Positions 38,656 through 50,920 of a stretch of 64,000 nucleotides of DNA are shown in pieces; positions within the stretch are counted from its first letter, which is position 1; each line of letters begins with the position of its first letter. The translations under genes and the position numbers were made by a program. The notes beneath the pieces were generated by a model. It was not told the DNA's origin and did no database searches. It saw only the letters and a program-made list of their open reading frames with translations. Origin of the DNA: Macrostomum lignano (taxonomy: Eukaryota); contig NIVC01000085.1 of NCBI GenBank assembly GCA_002269645.1, positions 62,001 through 126,000 of the forward strand, given 5' to 3'.

Positions 38656-40629
38656 CTGATTTTGTTGCATTCGGGAATACAACAAATGGCATACTGAAAA
38701 CATTAAAAAACCTTGCTGCAGTCACTTACATGTACTTACCTAACGATTGCTGTAGTAACTGTATACCACCTGTATACTGGGACAGAAGTTCAGAACATAC
38801 CGGATTGGGGAATTAGAGATATGCGCAGTCTAGATGTATCTACAATTCGTAAAACCTTGCTACGAACTTGTACTTCAGGATTACTAACTTACTCATTCCT
38901 TGCCGCCGTTATTTAGACTAGCATGCCTTTGCAATATACAACACAGTCTAGACGGACTGCAGAAAGTGCATAAATACTTAAATTGGTTTTCCGTTAAACT
39001 TGCTGCCTGTATAGTTCTTGGCTTGTTCTTGTTCTTGTATAGTTTAATATCTGTTGTGCATCATTATCCGCACTTTTCGGGCTGCTGTTCCATGGTCAAG
39101 CCACGGAATGCCAAAACGCTCCACCCTCCGCGTTCTATATTAACGAATGCAGGCCTGTCTGTCTCAATTTTTCCTCAGAACCGTTTTGACCGCTGGTCAG
39201 ACTCGTTGAGAGCTATCTCCGAGTAAGCGCTCTAGTGCTAGTTAACAGCGAAGCAAAGCTCCTAAACAGGTTTGAGTAGAGCAAAGCATCGCTAGAAGCA
39301 GCCGCAAGCTCCTGAGCAGGTCTTGGAAGAGCATTGCAGCGCTGATGCAGAAAGCACGCTCCTGAGCAGGTTTTGGTAGAGCACTGCTAGTGCTATAGCT
39401 CTGATTTTTCCAGCCTACTCTTTTGGCAGGAAATCAGTTGGCTGAAGCCATTCTGCTAATGTCTATTCGCGACACAGGCGCGAATAAGTGAGAGTGAGTG
39501 TGCAGTCACAGCACTCGTGCGCGATTCTAAGGAATAGCTGATAGCTTAGTTAGCGTGAGTCTATTGCTGCTTCAGGCACGTAGACCTATTCCTCGACGCT
39601 TATCTGCGCGAGACATAGCTATTAGTTTAGTAGAAGTTAGGGCTCTCTGAGAGCTAAACTCAGACACGCTCAAGCGCAGACATTTGTCAGTGCCAGGACT
39701 GCGCCGCTTAGGCCATTTGCTACCATTGAGTCCTGTCATTGGGACATTGAAATATATGAGACTAGTTGTTTTAGCGTTATTTATTTGTGTGGAACCTAAA
39801 TATTGATCATTCAGTGCAATTTGAATTGGTGCTAAAAACACTAGAGACACTTGAGACACTAGAAACACTAGAGACACTAGATTCACAGACCAAATACTTA
39901 GACATATGCTCAGATAAATACTCGGATTAATCCGGCATACACTCACGACTTTTGGCGTACACTTGGCATACACATTTTTTACTTTTTGAAATCTTTTTTA
40001 CACTTATTTTTATTTTTTAATCCTAGAGGCCATAGTTGAGTCGTTCTATGCGACAATGCGGTCTTAACAGCAGCAGGATGGCCAGAACATCACCCTGGAG
40101 CAGCGAAATAAGCTGCACTGGATGCTGCCCATAGTCCGGATCATGGCCCCCTTGCTAACCCTATTGGCGTACATTGGCGTACAACCAAAAAATTGGGCCC
40201 TACCTATTGGCGTGAGTGGCGTACACGCTGTTGCTGTTGCAACTTGCAATGTAATGTACATAAACATCGGTATTTTTAGGAACTTGCACGATAATTTAAA
40301 AAATGGAATTTATGTTAGAAATACATTCACTTCAACAAAATATACTCCTATCTATTGTTCTATTGAATAATTTAAAAAATTCTAATAAAACCTGCTGCTA
40401 GAGGCATAATATATATTTTACTTGCTTGCAGTATAACAGGGATATATATAACATAGGTGTAACTATTTAAATTGCGATATGCTCCATTTTTCGTTAACTA
40501 TCAACTGATTTCTGATTAATGCTAACTTATTAACTGATTATTTGCTAACTGAAACTGACTGGCATTAAGATGAAAGTTAAGACTAAAGTTAAAAGTTAAA
40601 GTTTCTGTCAAACTCTGTAAAGCTGAAAG

Positions 40630-43600
40630 CACAATGTCAAGTAGGTCTACTAGTAGAAAAAGACCACGAGTTGAACATCAAGCTCTGCTGAAACTGAAAC
40701 TGAAAGCGATAGCGATAGCGAAAGCTTAGACTCCACTGTTTCTAATCCTCAATTTAACGTTAGTTTAAATCTTGAAGCTGGAGCTGATTCTAAACAGGCT
40801 GAAGTTGCTGAAGTTGCTATTGCTAATAGTATTGCTGAAGCAGCTGAAGAAGATAATGATGTAGTTGTGACAGCGACAGGTAAGTTTAAACATTTTTTAA
40901 GTTAAGTTTGGGAATGGGACCTAATGCCTAAACACTAAACATTTCATTTTTAATTAGTTAATTGGGTTATTGGGATAAAGTATTAATGTAAAATTTGAAG
41001 TCTACCTACTAAATACTAATACTATTATACTAAGTACTAATCTATCTTAGCTTAAGTTAAGTCTAACACTTATGACTTATATGACATAATGAGTGATGAG
41101 TCTAAGTCTAGTCTAGAAAGAATCTTAAGTTAAGTATAAATATAATTTCTGATAAAATCTAACTTATGGATTTCTAATTTAATTTTCAATAAGGAGCTTT
41201 AACTTTAACTAGTCACAAAGGTCAAGGTGACAAATCATCATCAGAACATTCAAAACCAGGTTGGAATTTGAATGCACTTTGACTTGGACAGTTGTCTTTA
41301 GCACCTGCTGCACCTAAGAGCCAAATGTCGATGGCACTGGCAGTACTGAGAGTGAGAGCTAGCACGCAGCCTAAGCAAAAGGCTAAAGCCGTCAATACTG
41401 GCCGAAATTTAAAGGACACTCACTACTGCATTTCCTGTCTGGAGGCTGGTGTGGAGCTGAAATACTGTACAATATTTTGCAATGATGCTAATTCACGTAA
41501 ACGTCACTTGTCCAGGTAATTGATTATACCCCATCTATTCACTTTTGCCTGTTAAAGGTCAAACTTAGCTACTTGCTAAGATAGTGTAGTGAAACTACAA
41601 CTTAACTTAGATTTGAATTGCATATATTTTATGAGTTAAAGACGAGAGGGCTTGGGCGAGAAACTTAACTGCGAGAAAGAACTGTAAAAGGAAATTAGTC
41701 TATGGTTATTTATGACAAACCGAGCCGCAAATAAAAGTACAACAAAATATCTATATGACTCCCCCCTCCAAATGCGGAGCACGGGGAAAAGAGACTGTAA
41801 CTGAAGTCAAAAATGGTGGGATAGCTCAACGATCAAAACAAAGTGGGTGGGAATGCAATCGAAAAATGGTTTGTGAGAGGTCGAATATTTAGAAATATTG
41901 AGAACAATGAGAAAAACGGTCAGTGAACGTTACATATTAGGTGGTTAATAATAAATGTAATCACTGCATGGGAAGATGAATGAAGCAAAATTAGCGAGTT
42001 GCATGAAGTGAAGCGCCTAAGGGGTGCTACTGGGCTGTTCTGTTGGACGCATTGTTGTCGGCGGGAAAGCTTCCTTGGTGCTGGGTTGTGTTTGGAGGTG
42101 TTGAGCTGGTTTGCGGTGTCCGGTCCTCTCGAGGTACTCCCTACTATGCTCCAGAAGGGCGGATTGTCGCGTGACCAGCGCGAACTGCTGAAGATGCCGA
42201 GTGCAGACAGACGACGACCAGAATTGAGGGTACGACTGAGGCGGAACGTCGCTCTGCGGCTGAGGCAACGCAGGTGGAACGCACGAGGAGAACCGAAAGC
42301 TGCTGATGCGGCCGGCCGTGATGCACCGTCGGGTTGTCATTGACCTCGTGGGAGGCTCATTATTTTGGCGACTCACCGACGGGATTGGCCGGGACTGGCA
42401 AATCGGTGGAAGTGTAATGCATGGTGCTGCTGACAACGGAAACTCGATCGAAGACTTTGATGAACCCGTGTAGGCACATATAATTGGTCGTCGATAAGCT
42501 CCGTGCCAGACATCAGGTTGAACTCTGTGGTTGCTATAGTGATGCCGCGTGGATGCAGATGTTGACGAAATGATGATGCATGGCTACATGGCACGGCAGA
42601 ACGATGACGACATGGGCGGTGCCGGGGTGATGACGCTATATACAGTGCATATCGATATGGCGATTAGTGCAGCCCCCGGATGGGGACGCAGTTGGACCTA
42701 CGCTCGTAACGGCGCCTCACCGGACCAATTTGTAGTGAAACTACAACTTAACTTAGATTTGAATTGCATATATTTTATGAGTTAAAGACGAGAGGGCTTG
42801 GGCGAGAAACTTAACTGCGAGAAAGAACTGTAAAAGGAAATTAGTCTATGGTTATTTATGACAAACCGAGCCGCAAATAAAAGTACAACAAAATATCTAT
42901 AATAGTATTAGTAAGACTGAACAGACACAAACAACAGTACAGTCTATGTTTATAATTTGAATTGAAATATGAAGAAAAAACTTTTATATATTTGAGCAGG
43001 TTAAATTTATGTTCTTTTTAAGATATCTTACTGTTTTTTTTATAGAATTGTAGTTATTCATTAAGTAAATCATGTCAGAAAACTTTGTAAGTAGCAATAC
43101 AGCAATACCTTAACTACTTTGTATTATTTTGACAAACTTTAAAGGAGACACAAGGATGGCCAAATCATGCTGCAGTTTGCACGGCCTGACACTCATGACG
43201 TCCGCCGCCTCCTGAGGCAAAGGCAAAGCGAGACAGCGAGCGCAACACCAGCTGATGCAGGGCTGCCGCAGCAGACAGCGAGTGCAACTCCAGCTGATGT
43301 AGGGCTGCTGCAGCAGACAGCGAGTGCAACACCAGCTGGTGTAGGGCTGCCGCAGCACACAGCGAGTGCAACACCAGCTGGTGTAGCTGCAGCAACACCA
43401 CCAGCTGAAGCAGATGGCGACACCAGCCGACGGGACTCTATTGCAGCAGTCAGCAGCAACTGCATTAACATCCGGGTGCCGCCAGCAGTTGCCTTAAACG
43501 GGTTCCAGTTTCTTGGAACAGCAGAATCTGCACATCTCGCTAGGGAGTTTGGACATGAGCTTCGCTGCTCCAATGTCAACACCCGCAGTATCTGATGGTC

Positions 43601-44256
43601 GAGTCGATGGTCCAGCTTGCAACTGTAATTGTTGTGACCATTTAAAGTCCGAAGGCAAGGCCGAACAAAAGATTGATAAACTGCTACAGTTATTCACTAA
43701 CTTTACTGTCTCGCAAGCTACACTCCAAGGCCAGTCTAGCGATTCACGGCAACGGGCAACCCCGATTATTCAAGCCCGAAATATGGCAGAGCTACTGGCT
43801 TGTCAATATCTACGTTCAGCACCCAGTGGTGAGAGTACCATTGTATACTGCGAACCCTGTTTCGAGTTTAATCTGCAGAAGCGTTAATATCGACTGTCAA
43901 AAAAATTCTTCATTGCTGATGCGCACCTACTTATGTGAGTATTTTTTCATATGAACTACGCACTCGTACTTGTTGACTTTAGGTTACGTATTTCTTATGT
44001 TACTTAATAAGTGCTACTATTACTACTACTACTTAAAAATTATATTATTTGCACTAACAATCTATCTCCCAGGAATCCCAACCGTGTTGGAAACTTTTCT
44101 ACTGGACATTTGGTCACCACTGACAAGATGCAGGAGCTGTTGACCGGTGGACCTGCATTCTACCAGTTTCGGTTTTCTGCTGCTGCTCACATGAGCGATC
44201 TATCGAATGATTCTGATAGCCACAGGGCTTCACACTGCTGCATTGCTCAAGGATAG
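40630..44256 (+). pseudogene. Decayed spliced zinc-finger gene, probably the N-terminal part of a DNA-transposon protein
   Basis: Exon ending 41515 (CISC…RKRHLS AG|GT) joins in phase 2 to exon 43145 (AG|G AGA CAC), giving C-x2-C…H-x4-H. Further TIVYCEPCF and GNFSTG segments; 42-bp coding repeats; stops and frameshifts. Confidence 0.5.
41585..42901 (-). mobile_element. TRIM-like / internally deleted non-autonomous LTR retroelement (1317 bp)
   Basis: Identical 171-bp LTRs (41585-41755, 42731-42901); 4-bp TSD ATAG. On the minus strand, a TGG-starting PBS-like site follows one LTR and a purine-rich PPT precedes the other. No long ORF. Confidence 0.88.
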
Positions 44257-44789
44257 CTCTATTAAATACTATACAAGCAAGGTCGTTGACAAGCAAAAAA
44301 AATGGCCTCACACTGCTGCTTCATTGGGAGGCCACCTGCTATTGACTTGATTTGATTTGATGCAGATTTATTGACTATTGACTTTTGCAATATTGCTAGC
44401 GTACCAGGGTCAGGATTGTCAATTGTCAAAAGTCAATTTTAAATTTGCACTAAAAACTTTGTTTAAATGTTTTGAGTTGTAAAAATATTCTTGCGATTAA
44501 TTTTGTTAAAATTTACGCTGAATCTTACTATAAATAGAGGCTCCGAGCGGGCCAGGAAGACCAACTCGTTTAACTTACTTGCTTGTTTGTGTGCTCTAGC
44601 AATAGCTAAAACCTGATAAGAAAATTGTTCAGAGTGTCATATTCATTTCTATAGTAGAAGCCCTAAATCGGGAGTAATATTAAGATCCGCCAAAAGCGAG
44701 AAATCGCCTCAGGGCAATAATAGTAAATTTGCCTCAGGGCAGGAGAACCACCTCAGAGCGAGAGAAAATCGCCTCAGGGCAGGGAAAAT

Positions 44790-45060
44790 ATAAAGCTGTG
44801 ACCCTCTGATCCCGGGAACGCCAGGACTGAGAGATAAGAGTAGACAGTGCCAATAGACCGCTCAGGCAAAAAGTACAGTACATGTATAACCGCTACCATT
44901 AGATAAGTAGACGCTACCAATATAATTAGATAAGTAGACGCTACCAATAAAAGTAGATAAGTAGACGCTACCAATATAAGTGAATAAGTAGACGCTACCA
45001 ATATTAGTACATTTATGCAGAAAGTACATTAAGTAGAAAGACAGAATTAACAGGCCTGCA
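44790..45060 (+). repeat. Dispersed repeat (inverted copy at about 63650-63810) with ~29-bp GATAAGTAGACGCTACCAATA tandem units
   Basis: GCTGTGACCCTCTGATC…CCAATAGACC…CTCAGGC…AAAAGTACAGTA is shared with the reverse complement of 63690-63800. Confidence 0.65.
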
Positions 45061-47751
45061 ACAACTTTGGTGGTGTAGTAGGGCATTATTTTAGGAACGG
45101 GAAATTTTGCAGGTTTAAGTATGCTTTTACCCTACTATCAGTAGTTTCAACCCGGGGAAATAATTAGAGCGGGGGTAAGTAGATAAAATTGGGGTTCCTT
45201 TAGAACTACAGAGTAGTTGGGCTCTTGGGAAAGAAAAGTTTGTTGTTGGAGTGTCTTCGAACTTGGAAAATTCACAAGAAAAGCGGTAAGAAGGGGAAAT
45301 AAATAAAAGAATTATAATTTAGGCGTGCACAGAGGTCGAGGAGTCTTGCCTCTAAATCTATAAACCGGGAGTCTTGCCAAACGCACAACAGAAAACTTAA
45401 GTATAGGAACTAATGTAAAACCAAACTTTTGTACAATCAAGTAACTATTTCCGTTTTTTTTATTATTATATTATATTATATTATATTAACTAAATCTAAA
45501 TTGGTGTCCTGACTCAGTTCTTTAAACCTAAAGCTAGAATTAGGGAACAGCAGGAACCTGGTGGCAGCGAAAAGTCTCAACCAGTAGGAAGTAAAATCCA
45601 CTAGTAAGAATCCTTAGCAATACAAACCAGTAGCTTAACCGCGAACCACGCCCATCCCAGTGGCATAACGATGGAATTTTCATAGAGAGCCAAAATGCCT
45701 ATAACAGTACTAACGCTTAACTTTTTCACATTAATAAAAATTAGTTTGCTAGTGTTTTATTGTACTTCTTTAGGTATATTTTATAAGTTTCTATGTTGAT
45801 AATATAGTTTAATAAAAGTTAAACTTAAAAGTTAAAAGATAATAATCTTTGTTTTACTCTACCTGTTTCTAATATTTTTTTCAATTTTTAACATTAATAA
45901 TGTGGTAGGCTGGTCTACCACTGGGGTTCCAGCAACAATTGGCGACTGCGCAACGCCTCTATCTGTTGGTATGATGATTGACGTCACGAGCTGCTCCCCC
46001 AGCTGATTGAGCATTTTCCCTTCGTTGATCCCACCTTTGGTCCATTTGTTGTCCCTTCCTTTGGCTCCACCTTTGTTTTACTGCGTTTCTCCCGGGTTTT
46101 TGTCCCGTTTTCCCACTGGTGTTCCCCATGGTGTTTCACCCGTTGATCTATGTAATTTTTCGTGGGGCCTGTGGGGCATAAAATAACCGATCAGTCTCAA
46201 CTCAAAGAAAGCTTTGAGACCCTTGGCCTTAATGTTCCATAAAACAAAATTTACAGTGGTGGCAGCACTACTTGACTGCTGACAGTAAAAAACCAAGTAC
46301 ATCAACAGATCATGACATTTACAGTGTCTAAAGACTCAATTTGAATGATCGTGCCACTAAAAGACTGCGACTATGATCACGACTACCCTCCCCCGGAATT
46401 GAGGACCCGGAAAATGGAATAACCAAGGAGAAGAATCAGTGCATCAATTCGAGAAATTTTCTGGCTTTACGAGTGTCAAGACAATGCAGGCGGCGATTCA
46501 AACGTGAAATCCACCCCACTTCACTAGTGTTGACTAACAATTCAAATACCCCCAATTCATAAATTTTTCTTCTCCATGCCCACCTTAATAACTACGGCTA
46601 TGGCAATCTACGGAATGTGACAACAACTACCATATTTCTATAGTCGTAGCCATAAGAGCAGCTAGCTACCGTAGGCGTATCTGTAGCTGCCATAGGCACC
46701 TATTTTACCGTATTTGCCGTAGGATCCCATAGCCGTAGCTATGGCTATGGCGAAACACTATTTTGGTCCCACCTACTAGTCTTAGCTTCAAAAGCCAGTT
46801 TGTTACAGTACATGTAGTACTCTCATGGTTGTTTCATTCCGTCGGCTATTTGCTGCATATGACTACTTTGATCATGTCATCTTAATTTCTTGCTAATTTG
46901 CAGCCCTGAGAAGAATTTGTGTAGCTCTGCAGCTTCATGTTACTGCAGCAGTCTAAAAACCTATTACGCTTGTCTTAGAGAGGCATTTAAATTTAATGTG
47001 CCTTGACCCCTTGAGGTACATGTAAAAGTTAAAATTTCCATGATGTGACAAATATAGTAGAAATTGTGATCTACATGTATATGGCTTTTATATAAATTTT
47101 TTACTTTAAAAAACCATGCCAATTGTCTTATGTATTAATTTTTATCTTCCTCATTCACTGTTCTACAGAGTTGTCTATACAGAGGACAGTGGTTAGAACT
47201 TCCCAGTACATGTGTAGAGATAATAACAAAAATGTTTTTTGCCATAAAAATATACATTTCAGATGTAACCCGTGCCAAACTAGTGACAAGATCGATCCAA
47301 TGACATATGGTCAAAGTGGCGACAGAAAATCCAATGACAATGTGTACATTGTACACTCGCATTGCTCGAGTTGTCTCGAGTAGTACTTGAGTAGTGTAGA
47401 GTACTGTACTGTACTTGTACTATAGTGAAAACAGTATCAATTGAATCATTAAATATGGGTAGCATGATTTTAGTAGTAAAAAAATAGTTCAAAAAACTGT
47501 CATGAAATCAAATGCAAACTATTGAAATGGCTATTAGGAATAAATTATAGATAGACAGCCATAAAAATAGTAGTTCCAAGTTATATCTATGGTTTAGCCA
47601 TAAAATAGACAAATTAATTATACTTACGGCTCAGCTGTAATAATAACAATTTTTGACATTTTTATGGCCAGCCGTAAAAATTAGAATTTGGGCTATATCT
47701 ACAGCTCAGCCGTAAAAATAACCACTTCCTATAAGATAAGTGACTAAGCAA

Positions 47752-48048
47752 GGTAATGGCTAGAGTTCCGGCACCGGAACCCATTTTCTAACAGTTAGGG
47801 ATCCGGCAGTGCCGTATAGAAGCATATAAAGACTGCTAAAAACATATCTTAAGAAGTCTGAATGTTAGAAGCATCTTGTCCCGAATCTTATCATATTGTC
47901 TTAAATTTTAATTTAGAACAAAATCTCAATATCAGCCACCTGTAGAAAGAAAAATATAATGTTCTATCTATATTATAATGGCACTGCTGTCTGCCGGATC
48001 CATAGCTGTTAGAAAATGGGTTCTAGTCCTAAAACTCTAGCCATTGCC
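47752..48048. mobile_element. Mutator-type MITE (297 bp)
   Basis: Imperfect ~65-bp TIRs GGTAATGGCTAGAGTT…/…AACTCTAGCCATTGCC; perfect 9-bp TSD ACTAAGCAA (47743-47751, 48049-48057). Confidence 0.9.
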
Positions 48049-48778
48049 ACTAAGCAAAGGCTAACAATTAAGAAGACAGAGCTAACAGGCCTAGCACACC
48101 TATAAATGTTTATTTATTTTCAAAGAAACAATTATTAAACCTATTGAATAAAAATTAAATTATGGTTTGTTAGCTATAATACATACCATAAGTCATAACC
48201 TAGCCCCTTTATTGGCTTTAACAAGGCTGCTTTAATAAAAACAATTCTTGCTTTGCTTTGGTGCTTAAAAGCCATAAATTAAATAGCCTAGGGCACTTAA
48301 GTCTAAGACAAAAAGATGCATTAATTTTCATGCATTTCTATTCCTAGAGTTCATGCTGCATACTATATAAAGTAATTTATACTGTGTCCACTGTAAAAAT
48401 GGAATGCCTTCGCGAATAAAGCTTCCATACTATCCATAAAGCATCTAGAAATGGCACACAGAAATCAAACTTAACTTACCGTCAAATCCAAAGCTTTAAC
48501 TTCCAAGATGAGTGTAGTCTATATTGACTAGATTTAATCTTATCTCAGCAACGCAACGTCGAATCACGTCCAAAGACCCTTCGCTGGCGCCGATTACATG
48601 TATAGTACCAAGTTAAATGGAGTTGAATTTACCAAGTACAAAAAACTCACTAATCGATAATTTAAAAAACGAGAGCGGACAATTTCTATTGGACGCGGCA
48701 AAAATACCTCTTATTGCTAATTGTGATTCCATGTCACTCACGTTACTGGCTACTCATAGTAAGAAATGCCAAGTTATG

Positions 48779-49530
48779 ACGTATCTGTTTCCCCATAGAT
48801 ATTCGTATTGATATTCAATTTCTAACAAATGCAACAAAATAAACCTACTTGTACAGCTCGGATTTGCTTGAAAATTTACAGAAAAATTATTACACACAAA
48901 ACAAACACCTCTGTGAAACTTCAAGTCCATCAGACCACGCAAAGCGGAATGGCAAGAGTTTTAAAGGTGCTCGTATTTATAATGCATTGTATATGCGCAC
49001 AGTGTATAACATGTATGCTCATTTGCAATACTTGTACAGCTCGGATTTGCATGAAAATTTACAGAAAAATTATTACACACAAAACAAACACCTCTGTGAA
49101 ACTTCAAGTCCATCAGACCACGCAAAGCGGAATGGCAAGAGTTTTAAAGGTGCTCGTATTTATAATGCATTGTATATGCGCACAGTGTATAACATGTATG
49201 CTCATTTGCAATACTTGTACAGCTCGGATTTGCATGAAAATTTACAGAAAAATTATTACACACAAAACAAACATCTTTGTGAAACTTCAAGTCCATCAGA
49301 CCACGCAAAGCGGAATGGCAAGAGTTTTAAAGGTGCTCGTATTTATAATGCATTGTATATGCGCACAGTGTATAACATGTATGCTCATTTGCAATACTTG
49401 TACAGCTCGGATTTGCATGAAAATTTACAGAAAAATTATTACACACAAAACAAACATCTTTGTGAAACTTCAAGTCCATCAGACCACGCAAAGCGGAATG
49501 GCAAGAGTTTTTTTAAGGTGCTCGTATATC
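48779..49530 (+). repeat. Left TIR: ~70-bp terminal segment plus ~3.7 copies of a 183-bp unit
   Basis: TTGTACAGCTCGG recurs with an exact 183-bp period (GTAC at 48851, 49034, 49217, 49400). Confidence 0.93.
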
Positions 49531-50920
49531 GTATATTTATATGATGCACATATAGCTTGCTAGCTCGTAAGCGCGATGCAACGCGAAGTGCAATACCTGC
49601 ATATAGGCCCGTATATTATACATGTTACATGTACCCAGCTCATGCATGCGTGACTGCGAATTATGTCGGCACTGTTTTGGTGAGTATTCCACTCACGTTG
49701 CAAATGTAAAATTCAATTAGCAGAATGTAATTTTCATTGCTATTAATGCAAATAGCTATTGTCCACAAACATTTCTGTTGTTAACCCTATACCAATTCAG
49801 TCTCTGATCGTAGCTGCGTAATAAGTCATAAGTCTGAATTACTAACGCGAGCCAAATATTGCATGTACATGTATAAGCCAGCCCTGTGAAGCGCAGGTGC
49901 CAATTGTAGACTCCTCTTGGCTTGGCACGCAAGCCTAGCACAAAAATAACGCAACATTTGGCCTAATTTCTACACCACTCTATGCAACCGTTGGGATATG
50001 CAGCTTGGGTTAAAAATACAAACTTGTTTCGAAATTTTCAAAGTGCCAGTCGCTGAGAACTTTTGATGTATTTAGTATTACATGTTACGTACATGTGCAT
50101 TTATGTATATGCACGCGTGGTACTTCTAATAACATCAATAAAAGCGTGGACAGTTTTGATGAAATGCATGTAACCAATAAAAAGGTTATAACAGGAATTT
50201 AAATTACAACAAAGATGAATACTTAAATAGATTTACATACAAAATGTACTGAACAGTTCGGCTCATAATCGCTCTATACCAACCATTAGATCGAGCATGT
50301 GTTCCCTAATAATATTACTCTTAGTAGTCATCACGCTGTTGTCAAGCTCTCGATTAAATCGGAGCCACAAAGATCCACTGTGGCGAGAGGTCCTACTTTT
50401 AGTGTAGAAGAGGCCCGATTGAAAACCCTGAGAAGTCCCATGAAAGTTGCAAACTGAACTATATAAATGAGCGCTGCTCCACTCTCTGAAAGAATATCGA
50501 ACACCTGCATGGGCCGCGGTTAGAGCCCCCTGTTTTGTTCGAGTGGGAATGGTTGTTCGCCTGTTCATGTCCATGTCGGTCGATCCCCAATTCGAGTGGT
50601 CCTTAGCATAAATTGATTATATTGCATTCCATGGCTCGTAATCGAACATCTGCATAGGGGGATGAAAAAAGCGGGCGAACAAACAAAAACAACGGGATGG
50701 GAGGGCGGCCATACATATTTTTCTAGTCAGAAAATTAGCAGCAAAAAGCAGCAACCTCACGACCCTTCTGTACATGGAAGATTGGCCGTCGCGACTGCCA
50801 CAGGTGCACTCAGAACCAGATCTAGAGAACCTCTTGCTCCAAAAATAAGGAACTGGAGAGATCCATTTACGAGTAATGGCGACATTCACGTACATGTACA
50901 GTTGTGTAAAAATCAAGTAA

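Noticed and set aside
45900-46500. Decayed LINE ORF1-like sequence
   Set aside because: Multiple stops and no diagnostic motif.
48829-49563. Repeat proteins from ORFs in the TIR arms (also 57045-57625)
   Set aside because: They are open in two frames because the 183-bp unit is a multiple of 3. They are structural TIR repeats.
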